NCBI GenBank assembly: GCA_045652665.1
Contig: JAZRUS010000003.1
Location: 1-58,653, forward strand
DNA from: Eubacteriales bacterium
GTDB lineage: Bacteria; Bacillota; Clostridia; Oscillospirales; CAG-272
Direction of reading: 5' to 3'
DNA length: 58,653 nt
Part shown: piece after piece, positions 24,326 to 34,886 of the stretch
How the letters are laid out: each line of letters opens with the position of its first letter
Numbering within the stretch: the stretch's first letter is position 1
Program-made: the position numbers and the translations under genes
Notes under the pieces: generated by a model
Databases searched by the model: none
Seen by the model: the letters and a program-made list of their open reading frames with translations, nothing else
Told to the model about the DNA's origin: nothing

Positions 24326-25735
24326 ATGAAACTCAACTATAAGAGAACCATACTTGTCGGCTTTGCGTTTTTTCTTATAAGCGCATTTTGGCAGGCATAT
24401 GATGCTATTGTCCCCCTCATTCTTACAAACCATTTCGGCCTTCCGCAAACGGCATCGGGCGCGGTAATGTCGATCGATAACGTGCTTGCGGTATTTCTTC
24501 TTCCGATCTTCGGTGCGATATCCGATAAGGTGAATACAAAGTACGGCAAGCGCACTCCTTTTATAGTGTTTGGCGCAGTGGTTGCAATAATTGCATTCGT
24601 TGCCTTGACCTTTGTTGATAATTACCAGATCACAAAAGTGATTTACGGTGTTGCAAATACCTCCACCAATCTCACCGACGACCAGATCCTTGAAAAGACT
24701 CTTGAGCTTACTCTTAAAAATCCATGGCCGCTTGTCGGATTTATTGCAACGCTTCTTGTGGTGCTTCTTGCAATGGCTACCTTCCGCTCGCCTGCTGTTG
24801 CGCTTATGCCCGACGTTACTATTAAACCCCTGCGTTCAAAGGCTAATGCGATAATAAACCTCATGGGAACTGCCGGCGGTATATCCGTGCTTGTTCTCGG
24901 TATGGTTTTCGGAACCTCGAAAAATAAATATATGCAATACACCGGATACGTGTCTGCTGTTTGCGCTATAATGATTCTTGGTCTGCTTGTCTTCATTATG
25001 ACCGTAAAGGAAAAAAGGTGGGCAGATGAAATGGAGTCGGAATCGAAGCGTCTCGGACTTGAGCCGTCGCTCACTGACGAAGGCAAGCAAAAGCTTAGTG
25101 ACGAATCTGTCAGCAAATCTCTAAGCAAACCCGAATTAAAGTCTCTTTTACTCATTCTAGCATCGGTTGCGCTCTGGTACATCGGCTATAACTCGATAAC
25201 CAGCAAGTATACCGTTTATGCGCAGAATATTCTCCACTTTGACTTTAACCTTACCCTTATAATTGCTCAGGCTGCTGCAATAGTATCATATATTCCGGTC
25301 GGTATAATTGCTTCAAAACTTGGAAGAAGAAAGACTATTCTTGCCGGTGTTATTATACTCGGCACGGCATTCCTTTCCGGTAACTTTATAACGTCATCAT
25401 CTCCCGAATTTATAATGGTTCCCATCTTCATCCTTGCCGGTATTGGTTGGGCAACCATAAACGTTAACTCCTTCCCGATGGTAGTTGAACTCGCGAAGGG
25501 CGGGGACGTTGGAAAATACACAGGATATTATTATACGGCATCGATGTCTGCGCAGATAATAGCTCCTATTCTTTCGGGAGCACTTTACGATCTGGTAGGT
25601 ATGAGATATACGTTCTTCTCCTTCGGAACGCTGTTTGTTCTTCTGTCATTTGCGACTATGTTCTTCGTTGAACACGGTGATTCCGTTCCCGAGAGTCGTG
25701 GCGTTCTTGAAAGCCTTGATGCAGACGGAGATTAA
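24326..25735 (+). CDS. MFS transporter
   Basis: 469 aa with about 12 TM segments and a central hydrophilic loop, consistent with an MFS/GPH-like topology. Confidence 0.8.
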   Translation: MKLNYKRTILVGFAFFLISAFWQAYDAIVPLILTNHFGLPQTASGAVMSIDNVLAVFLLPIFGAISDKVNTKYGKRTPFIVFGAVVAIIAFVALTFVDNYQITKVIYGVANTSTNLTDDQILEKTLELTLKNPWPLVGFIATLLVVLLAMATFRSPAVALMPDVTIKPLRSKANAIINLMGTAGGISVLVLGMVFGTSKNKYMQYTGYVSAVCAIMILGLLVFIMTVKEKRWADEMESESKRLGLEPSLTDEGKQKLSDESVSKSLSKPELKSLLLILASVALWYIGYNSITSKYTVYAQNILHFDFNLTLIIAQAAAIVSYIPVGIIASKLGRRKTILAGVIILGTAFLSGNFITSSSPEFIMVPIFILAGIGWATINVNSFPMVVELAKGGDVGKYTGYYYTASMSAQIIAPILSGALYDLVGMRYTFFSFGTLFVLLSFATMFFVEHGDSVPESRGVLESLDADGD

Positions 25736-25738
25736 TTG

Positions 25739-26572
25739 ATGAAAGAGTTCCTTATCATATTCTCGTCGGTTATTGTATTTTTGCTACTATCTTTTTGTCT
25801 TTACCTTTTTATAATCAAACCCGGTGGAAGACGTGACGAAATGAAAAAGTATCGCACCTTGAAATATGCACACCGCGGACTTCATGATTCAACAAGGGCA
25901 GAAAATTCTATCTCCGCGTTCCGCGCAGCAGTGGATCAAGGATATGCCATAGAGCTTGACGTTAGGCTCTCGTCAGACGGTGAGTTGGTCGTTTTTCACG
26001 ACGATACCCTTGACCGTGTAACGAAAGAGAGCGGCAGAGTAGATGCTAAAAGCGCCGAGGAGCTCTCAAAAATAAGGCTTCTTGATACCGATGACGGCAT
26101 CCCTACCTTCCGTGAGGTGCTTGAGCTCGTTGACGGAAAGGTTCCGTTGCTTGTTGAGATAAAGGAGGATGCGGGAAAATACGGCGTGACCGAAAAAACC
26201 GTTGAAATGCTTTCCGCATACAAGGGTGAATACGTCGTGGAATCCTTTAACCCTCTTGCCCTTGCTCGGGTGAGAAAGCTTAAGCCCCGGATTCTTCGCG
26301 GCTTCCTTTCGCAGGACTTCTTAAAGGAAAGGCAGTATAGAAGCTTAACTTATTTTCTGCTTCAGCATATGCTGCTCAACGTCGTTTGCCGTCCGGATTT
26401 TATAGCCTTTCGCCATTCACACTATAAAAATCCCGCGCTTCGTATGGTACGGAGGATATTCGGCACTCCGACTCTCGCGTGGACCGTACAGTCCGAAGCA
26501 GATGAGCGAGCGGCTTACGCGCACGGATTTGACGGCGTTATATTTGAACAGTATATTCCTGCGAGCAAATAA
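25739..26572 (+). CDS. glycerophosphodiester phosphodiesterase family protein with N-terminal TM anchor
   Basis: YAHRGLH, ENSISAFRAAVDQGYAIELDVRLSSDGELVVFHDDTLDR (the GDPD signature). Confidence 0.85.
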   Translation: MKEFLIIFSSVIVFLLLSFCLYLFIIKPGGRRDEMKKYRTLKYAHRGLHDSTRAENSISAFRAAVDQGYAIELDVRLSSDGELVVFHDDTLDRVTKESGRVDAKSAEELSKIRLLDTDDGIPTFREVLELVDGKVPLLVEIKEDAGKYGVTEKTVEMLSAYKGEYVVESFNPLALARVRKLKPRILRGFLSQDFLKERQYRSLTYFLLQHMLLNVVCRPDFIAFRHSHYKNPALRMVRRIFGTPTLAWTVQSEADERAAYAHGFDGVIFEQYIPASK

Positions 26573-26675
26573 TTTCGTCGCGCGCTTTGAATTGAAGCAG
26601 GTAAACGTCTTGCTTTATAAAACACACAAAAAGCTTGCATATAATAACTAAAGTTTACATTTAAGGAATTTAAAC

Positions 26676-27809
26676 ATGAAATTTCAGCTTGTCGCGACTT
26701 GTTTGTTCGGACTTGAACATCTGCTTGGCGAGGAGATAGATACCCTCGGATACGAAAGGGTCTCCACCATAGACGGCAGAGTAACCTTTCTGGGCGATGC
26801 CGAGGCCGTTGCGCTCTCCAATATATTTCTTCGGTATGCCGAGAGAGTGTATATTAAGCTCGGCTCATTCCGCACCGAGAGCTTCGACGAGCTGTTTGAA
26901 GGGGTCCGTGCCTTACCGTGGAGTGATTTTATCGGTAAGTCGGATGCTTTTCCCGTAAAGGGGCATTCTATAAGATCAAAGCTGTTTTCTATTCCGGACT
27001 GTCAGTCGATCGTCAAAAAGGCTATCGTCAGATCAATGTCGGAAAGGTACGGAATATCAATTTTCGCGGAAACCGGAGTGAAATACCAGGTTGAGTTTTT
27101 CATACTGAACGACATTGCGACTCTGATGATTGACACCTCCGGCACTCCCCTCCACAAGCGCGGCTACCGCAAAGAGTCAAACGGCGCTCCTATAAGGGAG
27201 ACGCTTGCCGCCGCCATCGCTGCGACCTCAAGACTGAGAGAGGACGTTCTTTTCTGGGATCCTATGTGCGGAAGCGGAACGATAGCCATAGAGGCCGCGA
27301 TGAAGATGCGCGGTATAGCGCCCGGTGTGTCGCGTTCCTTTGCTGCTGAGGCTTTTCCGTTTATTTCGCGTGACGTATGGAAAAATGCGCGTGAGGAGGC
27401 TCGCGACGGAGAACATAAAACCGACTTTGAGGTATACGCATCGGATATAGCGAGACCGTCGGTTGAACTTACAGAGAGAAACGCAAGGGCGGCAGGCGTG
27501 TCGGATATTATAAAGGTGTTTAATATGGATTGCCGAAAAATATCCGCTCCCGGCAGGCGTGCAACGATAGTGACTAATCCTCCGTACGGAGAGAGGATGG
27601 GAAGCGAGCGCGAGGTTGAGGAGCTCTATCGGACTATGGGCGTCCATTTTCGCTCTCTTGCTCCGTGGCAGGTCTACGTCATTACGTCTCATCCGAGCTT
27701 TGAGCGGCTTTACGGCAAACGCGCCGATAAGGTCAGAAAGCTTTATAACGGAATGATCGAATGCCGTTTGTATCAGTTCTTTAAAAATGACTTGAAAACA
27801 AGAAAATAA
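26676..27809 (+). CDS. THUMP-domain class I SAM-dependent RNA methyltransferase (RlmL/YpsC-like)
   Basis: The N-terminal part follows the ferredoxin-like/THUMP pattern. The motifs DPMCGSGTIAIEA and TNPPYGERM are present. Confidence 0.85.
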   Translation: MKFQLVATCLFGLEHLLGEEIDTLGYERVSTIDGRVTFLGDAEAVALSNIFLRYAERVYIKLGSFRTESFDELFEGVRALPWSDFIGKSDAFPVKGHSIRSKLFSIPDCQSIVKKAIVRSMSERYGISIFAETGVKYQVEFFILNDIATLMIDTSGTPLHKRGYRKESNGAPIRETLAAAIAATSRLREDVLFWDPMCGSGTIAIEAAMKMRGIAPGVSRSFAAEAFPFISRDVWKNAREEARDGEHKTDFEVYASDIARPSVELTERNARAAGVSDIIKVFNMDCRKISAPGRRATIVTNPPYGERMGSEREVEELYRTMGVHFRSLAPWQVYVITSHPSFERLYGKRADKVRKLYNGMIECRLYQFFKNDLKTRK

Positions 27810-27907
27810 TTCAGCCTTTGTTAATTGTCAATTATTTCTTTCTTCACATATTTGACATAAAAATAATGTAGAATAGAACCGTAAAATTACAAACCGAGGA
27901 GATCTTT

Positions 27908-29179
27908 ATGAAAAAGAAGATTTTTGCGATTATACTTGTTCTCGCACTCTCCGTTACTTCTATGACGTCCTGCTTGCTTCTTGACGGCAACGGAATATTT
28001 GGCTCCGGCGGCTCTGACGATGAGAAGAACCCGGGCGGAGATACTACTATAAACGTTGAGGGCGGAGACACTTATGAGAATATAAATATCAGCTCAAACG
28101 CGAATGGAAGCCTACTTGCCGCCAGCAAGGCAATGCTGTCCGCCGTAAGTATTACCTGCGCTTTCGATGAGTACCAGTATTCCTGGAACGGCTCTTACGC
28201 AGGAACAAAGCAGACTATGTCAGCCGGATCGGGTGTTATTTATAAGCTTAATAAGGACAGCGGCGACGCATACGTTATAACCAATTATCACGTCGTATAT
28301 AATTCGAACGCAAGTGAAAAGGGCGGTATAAGCGACGATATTAATCTTTACCTTTACGGCATGGAGCTTGCAACGGCCGATAAGACCAATTACGCAATTC
28401 CCGCGACCTACGTTGGCGGATCTATGAATTACGATATCGCGGTTCTTAAGGTTAAAGCAAGCGAGGTTCTTATGGCGAGTAACGCTCGCGCAGCGGACGT
28501 GGCAGATTCGGATCTTGTGACTATACTTGATACGGCTATAGCAATAGGAAACCCCGGTGCGGGCGGACTTTCCGCTACGGTTGGATGCATCAACGTTGAC
28601 AGCGAGGAGATCACGGTGCAGTTTGAGACCTCGTCAAATGCGGTTGCCGTGAGTCTCAGAGTAATGCGTACGGATGCCGCGGTAAACAGCGGAAACTCCG
28701 GAGGCGGACTCTTTAACGACAAGGGCGAGCTCATAGGCATAGTAAATGCAAAGGATGCCGACGAATCTGTAGATAATATCGGATATGCGATACCTTCTAA
28801 CGTAGCGATAGCCATAGCGGAGAATGCGATACACTACAGTGACGGATATATATACAGATGTATGTTCGGAGTAACCGTCGGAGTAAAGGAATACTCAACG
28901 CAGTATGACACCGAGAGCGGTAAGATCTACAGACTTGAAAAGGTTGTTATCAGCGAGGTCTCAAAGGGGGCGGGCGTTACCGGAATCCTTGAGGCAGGAG
29001 ATATAATCAATTCTATTACGGTTGACGGAGTAAAGCACGACGTAACCAGAATGCATCACGTTGTTGACAGTATGCTTCACGCCAGAGTCGGCAGCGCGGT
29101 CATTGTTAACATTACAAGAGGCGGCACGACGGGTGACGTTACCGTTCCGATAACATCTGCTATGCTTACACAATATTAA
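27908..29179 (+). CDS. secreted/lipoprotein trypsin-like serine protease (S1C, HtrA-like)
   Basis: The N-terminus has a lipobox-like LSVTSMTSC. The catalytic triad contexts are TNYHVV, YDIAVLKV and GNSGGGLFN. Confidence 0.85.
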   Translation: MKKKIFAIILVLALSVTSMTSCLLLDGNGIFGSGGSDDEKNPGGDTTINVEGGDTYENINISSNANGSLLAASKAMLSAVSITCAFDEYQYSWNGSYAGTKQTMSAGSGVIYKLNKDSGDAYVITNYHVVYNSNASEKGGISDDINLYLYGMELATADKTNYAIPATYVGGSMNYDIAVLKVKASEVLMASNARAADVADSDLVTILDTAIAIGNPGAGGLSATVGCINVDSEEITVQFETSSNAVAVSLRVMRTDAAVNSGNSGGGLFNDKGELIGIVNAKDADESVDNIGYAIPSNVAIAIAENAIHYSDGYIYRCMFGVTVGVKEYSTQYDTESGKIYRLEKVVISEVSKGAGVTGILEAGDIINSITVDGVKHDVTRMHHVVDSMLHARVGSAVIVNITRGGTTGDVTVPITSAMLTQY

Positions 29180-29478
29180 TTTCGGAGAAATACGTTATGA
29201 ATTCTAACGAACGGTACGATTTATCACTTGAAAAACGGGGACCGTACAATAAACGGCGCTTAGAGGGTGTAATATAAAATAGGGAGCTCGGGACAGGCTT
29301 TGTCTTCGGGCTCTTTCCTGCATTCTCGCTGTTTTTTGATTTGGTCGTAAGATATCGCTAGGGTTCTGGTACTAACGTTCTTTTTTACTAAGCAGATCAA
29401 AAAGCGTATATCCAAGCATAAATGTAAACATAAGATTTCATATTCACGTAATAAAAACGGTTCTGAAAGGAGTATCAT

Positions 29479-30774
29479 ATGGAGCCTACACCGAAAAAAA
29501 GGAAGAAGATAACCAAATGGCTGATTGGAGTCGCGACAGCCTGTATTCTCATATTTCTCGGCGTTCAGAACATTGTCTCCGTTGCAAACGCCCTTTCTTG
29601 GGTTGTCGGGCTGTTCATGCCGCTTCTCGTCGGCGGGGCAATAGCAATAATATTGAACGTTCCGATGAGCTTTCTTGAGGCACATTTATGGATAAAAACA
29701 GAGAAGCGGTGGCTTGCTAAGATGCGCCGACCCGTGTCATACCTTATATCTCTTATATTAATACTGGGCGTGCTGTTCGGTGTCTTTATGCTTATAATTC
29801 CCGAATTGGTTGATGCATTGAGGGTGTTGGTTGAGGGGTTGCTTGAGCTCGTTAACAAATTCGGCTCGATGAGTGATGCGGAACTTTCCGAGCTTCCGTT
29901 CGGAGAGATACTTCTCAATATCGATTGGGATCAAATTATGGAGGAAATGGAAAATTGGCTTAGAGAGCGAGGCGGATCTATCGTAAATGAATTGTTCGCG
30001 ACTCTAAGCTCGCTTATGAACGGAATTTTCGATTTCTTCATTTCCTTTGTATTCTCAATATATATCTTGTTTAACAAAGATAGACTTAAGAACCAATCAA
30101 AGCGACTGCTTCACGCTTGGATTCCCGTTAAGAAGGCTGATTTTATCGGTTATACGGTTTCCATGCTTAACAGAAACTTCAGAAACTTTATTTTCGGGCA
30201 GTCTCTTGAAGCGGTGATACTCGGTCTCCTTTGCTTTGCCGGTATGCTTATCTTTGGATTCCCGTATGCGGCTATGATAAGCGTTCTCGTTGGTGTGACC
30301 GCGCTCATTCCTGTTGTCGGAAGCCTTATAGGCGGAGCTGTCGGCGCATTTATGATAATGACCGAGGATCCCTTAGAGGCGGTTTTCTTCGTGATTTATC
30401 TTATCGTTCTTCAACAGCTGGAAGGTAATATAATATATCCGCGAGTTATGGGCAGCAGGGTAAAGCTCCCGGGAATGTGGATACTTGCCGCGGTCACGGT
30501 TGGAGGCGGTATCGGCGGACCGGTGGGAATGCTTTTGAGCGTACCTATTGCTTCAACGCTTTATACGTTGTTAAAAGAAGCAACGCAAAGGCGAGAGCAG
30601 GCTAAGCTTGCGACCGAAAACGGTGATATCGGCAGTGATTCGGCACCGTTGTCGGAAAAGGACGTTATTAATGAAGCTCCCCCCGCAAATGTGAATGCCG
30701 AAGAGGGCGATGGCTGCGAAGCTTGTTCGGATAAAACCCCGCGCAATGACTCGGAACGGCGGGACCAAGTATAA
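29479..30774 (+). CDS. AI-2E family transporter (PerM/UPF0118)
   Basis: 431 aa, polytopic. The conserved segments LIPVVGSLIGG and QQLEGNIIYPRVMG are present. Confidence 0.85.
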   Translation: MEPTPKKRKKITKWLIGVATACILIFLGVQNIVSVANALSWVVGLFMPLLVGGAIAIILNVPMSFLEAHLWIKTEKRWLAKMRRPVSYLISLILILGVLFGVFMLIIPELVDALRVLVEGLLELVNKFGSMSDAELSELPFGEILLNIDWDQIMEEMENWLRERGGSIVNELFATLSSLMNGIFDFFISFVFSIYILFNKDRLKNQSKRLLHAWIPVKKADFIGYTVSMLNRNFRNFIFGQSLEAVILGLLCFAGMLIFGFPYAAMISVLVGVTALIPVVGSLIGGAVGAFMIMTEDPLEAVFFVIYLIVLQQLEGNIIYPRVMGSRVKLPGMWILAAVTVGGGIGGPVGMLLSVPIASTLYTLLKEATQRREQAKLATENGDIGSDSAPLSEKDVINEAPPANVNAEEGDGCEACSDKTPRNDSERRDQV

Positions 30775-30875
30775 AAATGTGACACGCCCCGCGACCGCGG
30801 TGTGAGTGTAAAGCAATAATAAAATACGGCGGATTGCGTTGTGCCCCTTTGGACACGGCGCAGACCGCCGCATTT

Positions 30876-31268
30876 TTATTTATTCTTTCTTGACTTAGTC
30901 TTTGCTTCGTTTGCAGCTTTTATATATAAGCTTATCGTGTTTTCAAGGTTTTCGCGCAGTGCGACTCTCAGCTTTTGGGGCAGGGTTCTTGACCTTCGGT
31001 ATAAGTGAAGAAGGTGTAATTCGTCCTCAGAAAGCTCGGACGTATCGTTTCTGAGCGGCATATCAAGCAGTTCTCCCACGTTAACGCGAAACTCCTCCGA
31101 AAGTCTTGGCAGCATACGCATATAGGATGATGAGCGTCCTCTGCGCCAGTTGTTCACTGTTTTTTCCGAGAGACCGAGCGCGCGCTCAAAAGCTGCGTCA
31201 CTTTCAAATTCCGAATCTATCAGTGAGAGGATGCGTTCTCTGATGTTTTCTGAATCGGATTTATTCAT
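30876..31268 (-). CDS. XRE-like HTH transcriptional regulator
   Basis: FERALGLSEKTVNNWRRGRSSSYMRMLPRLSEEFRVNVGELL. Its start overlaps the stop of the flavin reductase gene (ATGA). Confidence 0.65.
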   Translation of the reverse strand: MNKSDSENIRERILSLIDSEFESDAAFERALGLSEKTVNNWRRGRSSSYMRMLPRLSEEFRVNVGELLDMPLRNDTSELSEDELHLLHLYRRSRTLPQKLRVALRENLENTISLYIKAANEAKTKSRKNK

Positions 31269-31885
31269 TTGCTACTCTCCTTTTTAGGCTTTTTCGGAGC
31301 AGTCGCGGATCTTTTGTTACCCTTTTTCGGCTTGTCGGTGCTGAATCCGAATCTGCCGAGCTTCTTGCCCAGTGCGTAATATTCGCCGTGAGAGTATGCT
31401 ATCAGCTTTGCAAGATCGAAGCGGATCTTGCCGTTTTTGTCGAAAAATTGCTCGTCACACGATACGTTAACTATATCAGCCATGAAAATATCGTGTGTTC
31501 CGCTTGAAATTACGTCGTATACCTTGCATTCTAGAGCAATCGGTGACTCACCTACTGTCGGCGCTTCGACCGCGACGCTTTTTACCTTCGTGAGTCCGCA
31601 CTTTTTGAATTTATCAACCTTTGCACCGGTATAGATACCAACGTAATCGGTCGTACGCGCAAGCTCCTCGTTGGTTAGATTAATAACGAATTCCCGCTTC
31701 TCGGAAAGTATTTTATGAGAGTACCTGCTGGGTCGCACCGAAACGTAGGTTCTCGGCGGGTCGGATGAGAGTATTCCCGTCCACGCTACCGTCAGGATAT
31801 TACTGTTTTCCATATCTCCGACACTTACCATAACTGCCGGAAGTGGGGCTTCAAGAGTACCTGCCTTAAAATTTTGTCTTGCCAT
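31265..31885 (-). CDS. flavin reductase family protein
   Basis: It shows the flavin-reductase-like FMN-binding split-barrel pattern (ILTVAWTGILSSDPPRTYVSVRPSRYSHKIL ... FVINL) and has a Lys-rich C-terminal tail. Confidence 0.75.
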   Translation of the reverse strand: MARQNFKAGTLEAPLPAVMVSVGDMENSNILTVAWTGILSSDPPRTYVSVRPSRYSHKILSEKREFVINLTNEELARTTDYVGIYTGAKVDKFKKCGLTKVKSVAVEAPTVGESPIALECKVYDVISSGTHDIFMADIVNVSCDEQFFDKNGKIRFDLAKLIAYSHGEYYALGKKLGRFGFSTDKPKKGNKRSATAPKKPKKESSK

Positions 31886-31920
31886 AGTTATCTCCTTATC
31901 GTTGGGCTCTTGTGATGATA

Positions 31921-33936
31921 TCAGCGTTTTCCTATTCTTCGAACCTCTGTGTGAAGCGGCTCTGAGCGACTGTATAAAGAAACGGTGTTTTCGGTTTCAG
32001 CGCTCCCCTCGGTGGAGAAAATAAAGTGCTCGTGAAGAATTCCCGCACCCCGAAGCTCCGACTTTCTGTCGCCCATATACGTAGGACGGGAATTTAAGAG
32101 CAGATTTCTGTGCCCGAATTCGCGTATAAGCGGGAAGGAGGTACCCGTGCGATCTTTAAACGATGCGTTTTCGCACTTCTTGCAGGTGAAATTCTCCTTA
32201 ATAAAGCATCTCTCGGTTATCATCAGAGGTATTCTGCCGTATACTATCTCTCCACCGCCTATATCGCGCGCCATTGGCAGAGTCAATTCGGGTGAGAGTA
32301 TTACGTCGGTTATTCCAAGCTCCGAGTAGGTAGCGCGTGAGTATGAGTTTGTGACGTTCAGTCTGAAGTCTCCGATTGGTATAAGACCCTTTCGTTTGGC
32401 AAGCGAGACGTGACCGATATTACCTACCAGCGCGTATCTCGCGCCCATGCCGATAGCCTTATCTATCATATGCTCTGCATTTTCCATCTCAGAATCAAAT
32501 ATCACGGGTGGAAGATATATTCCGTTTGCCTCGTTATGAAAGCTGTCGAGCGGAAGAAAGACGATGTCAAAACTGTCTGTGACAAACGATCCGGACCTTA
32601 AAAGATCGGCATATAGGCTGCCTTTCAGAAAAAGTGCGGTTTTCAGAGGATCCCCCACGTGCCGTGTAAGATTTTCGGGCATAAAACAGGTCGTTATCGG
32701 CTCTCTTTCCGATGAGGCGAGCAATGCCGCCGCATCCCGTCTGAGCGCGTTTATCGCGCTTGGCGGCAGATTGATTCCCGAGTCAAGCGTGAGTTCGATG
32801 TCCTTCTTATCAAGCGAGAACGCTGTAGTACCCATTTTAGCAAGTCGGTCTTTAACACCGTCATCGGTAAGCGGGGAGCTTATCGCATCGGTTGGGATCG
32901 GTCCGTATGCCGTTGCGATCCTGTCGCCGAGCCTGAGTGTCAGCGAGGATGGCTCGCCTCTCCGTATGCTTGCCGAGGCAGATATTCTGACCCTTTCGAG
33001 AGACGCGTCTATTGCTTCGATAGCGCGGCTTTCTTCCTTATCGCGCTCCGAGCGTACTCCGGTCATTTTGTTGAACTTATCACCCTTGAAGTATCCGTCG
33101 GTGAACTCGCCGCGCGAGAACACGCGCTTAAGACTTGCCCTCTCCGCATTGCTTGCGCAGCGTTGCTCATTAAGCAGACGGCGGTATATTGAGGTGACCG
33201 TGTAAACGTAATCCGGTGATTTCATTCGTCCCTCGATCTTAAGGGATGCGACTCCGGAATCAATAAGCTCGTTTATGTGATCGGCAAGCGAAAGATCGGC
33301 AAGCGAAAGCGGATAACCGCCGGAGTAGGGAAGTCTGCACGGCTGGGCACATTCGCCGCGGTTTCCGCTTCTTCCCCCGACGAGCGAGGACAAAAGACAT
33401 TGCCCCGAATGGCATACACACAGTGCCCCGTGTAAAAAAACTTCGGTTTCTATATCGCTTTTTTCTGTAACGGAAGCAATGTTTTCACGAGACAGCTCTC
33501 TTGCGAGAACAACTCGCTCGCACCCCAGCTCGGCCGCCGCGTTTGCTCCGTCCGTGTTATGCACCGACATCTGTGTAGACGCGTGGATCGCAAGATTCGG
33601 CGTGCGCCTTTTAATTTCTCTTATTGCTCCGAGGTCGGCAGTGATCACTGCGTCAACTCCGATATGCCAAAGCTCTGCGACGTAGTCCGACAGCTCTTTC
33701 AGCTCTCTGTCGTAGATCAGTGTATTAACCGTTACGTAAAGCTTCACGCCGTGAAGATGGCAGTATTCGACGGCATCCTTAAGCTCGGATAAATCAAAAT
33801 TCTTTGCATAAGCCCTAGCACCGAAGGACCTGCCGCCGACGTATATTGCGTCAGCTCCCGCGCGGACCGCGGCGTATAGGCATTTCATATCCCCCGCAGG
33901 GGCCAGAAGCTCCGGGAGCTCAGCTCGTCTTTTCAT
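31921..33936 (-). CDS. U32 family peptidase-like protein
   Basis: Starting at MKRRAELPELLAPAGDMKCLYAAVRAGADAIYVGG ... FGARAYAKNF. The ATG at 33936 overlaps the upstream stop (ATGA), so I reject the longer ORF-track N-terminus. Confidence 0.85.
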   Translation of the reverse strand: MKRRAELPELLAPAGDMKCLYAAVRAGADAIYVGGRSFGARAYAKNFDLSELKDAVEYCHLHGVKLYVTVNTLIYDRELKELSDYVAELWHIGVDAVITADLGAIREIKRRTPNLAIHASTQMSVHNTDGANAAAELGCERVVLARELSRENIASVTEKSDIETEVFLHGALCVCHSGQCLLSSLVGGRSGNRGECAQPCRLPYSGGYPLSLADLSLADHINELIDSGVASLKIEGRMKSPDYVYTVTSIYRRLLNEQRCASNAERASLKRVFSRGEFTDGYFKGDKFNKMTGVRSERDKEESRAIEAIDASLERVRISASASIRRGEPSSLTLRLGDRIATAYGPIPTDAISSPLTDDGVKDRLAKMGTTAFSLDKKDIELTLDSGINLPPSAINALRRDAAALLASSEREPITTCFMPENLTRHVGDPLKTALFLKGSLYADLLRSGSFVTDSFDIVFLPLDSFHNEANGIYLPPVIFDSEMENAEHMIDKAIGMGARYALVGNIGHVSLAKRKGLIPIGDFRLNVTNSYSRATYSELGITDVILSPELTLPMARDIGGGEIVYGRIPLMITERCFIKENFTCKKCENASFKDRTGTSFPLIREFGHRNLLLNSRPTYMGDRKSELRGAGILHEHFIFSTEGSAETENTVSLYSRSEPLHTEVRRIGKR

Positions 33937-34571
33937 ACGTTTTCCTGTCCGTTCGCAGCCCCACACTCGGTATTGGCTGTTTCTAAATCTGATTTTTCGC
34001 CGCCGTTCGCGGCGCATTCAGCCACAGGTGCAGCCGCATTGGGCTCGGCACCGGCTTTTTCCGCCATAGGAGTCGGCAATTTAGGTGCGGTAATTACAAG
34101 GTATACCGTTATCGCAAATATGAGTATCATCGGTATGAACGATAGGGTATAGCTCGAATAGTTATAATCACCTGCGTACGTCGATGCCGCCGCGTTTGCG
34201 ACGATACCGTTGACCATATACACGCCGGACATAACGCAGGAGGCGACTGTGGAGAGAATGCCAAGCCTGCCCAGCTTGCCGCCGCGCCTTAAAAACGCGA
34301 TGACAGCCAAAGCTATGAGCATAGCGAGAGAGACGGCGAAGTGCAGCCTCGACCAGAACACAAGCCACTTGCCGCAGCTGTCAACAATGATTGGGTAACC
34401 CGAAAAGGTTAGGGTAAATCCGTTGGCATAGAATCTGTTTATCTCCGAAAGGTTGTGCTGAGTTCCCCTGACTACCGTAAAAAGAAGCGTGAGGAAATTA
34501 AGCAACGCGACAGCGAACGTCAGCACGGTGCGCCCATATATTTTTGAAGGCTTTGTTCTTTTAATGTCCAC
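33933..34571 (-). CDS. hypothetical polytopic membrane protein
   Basis: 212 aa with about 5 TM segments and an Ala/Glu-rich tail. It is translationally coupled to the U32 gene. Confidence 0.6.
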   Translation of the reverse strand: MDIKRTKPSKIYGRTVLTFAVALLNFLTLLFTVVRGTQHNLSEINRFYANGFTLTFSGYPIIVDSCGKWLVFWSRLHFAVSLAMLIALAVIAFLRRGGKLGRLGILSTVASCVMSGVYMVNGIVANAAASTYAGDYNYSSYTLSFIPMILIFAITVYLVITAPKLPTPMAEKAGAEPNAAAPVAECAANGGEKSDLETANTECGAANGQENV

Positions 34572-34886
34572 TTTTATTTCACTTTCTTTTGTGCTCAGCC
34601 CCTCACTCTGTACGGTCGGCAGTATGATTTCCGAGACGGAACAGAGGTCGGCTTGGATACATATTACTGTTTATTGTATTATACACCTGATTTTAGTTAT
34701 TGTCAACCTTGCCAAGTGTGCCTCGATTTTACCGCAACAATTCCGCAATATTGTATCGTTAAAATGAAATGCTTTAGTGCAAAGTGCGGTTTTTTGGCAA
34801 TAAAGGTTGTTTTTTATCGAAAAATGGAGTAAAATAAACACACGCGACAATAAATAATAAAAACGCAAAATATAATGGAGTTATAT

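Noticed and set aside
29180-29478. Possible riboswitch or leader upstream of the AI-2E transporter gene, plus the 141-aa minus-strand ORF 29260-29685
   Set aside because: It contains only one imperfect hairpin and no recognisable riboswitch core. The ORF overlaps the transporter start and has no RBS.
33937-34017. 27-codon N-terminal extension of the U32 gene
   Set aside because: It overlaps the upstream gene. The conserved U32 N-terminus (ELLAPAG) follows the ATG at 33936, which forms an ATGA overlap with the upstream stop.
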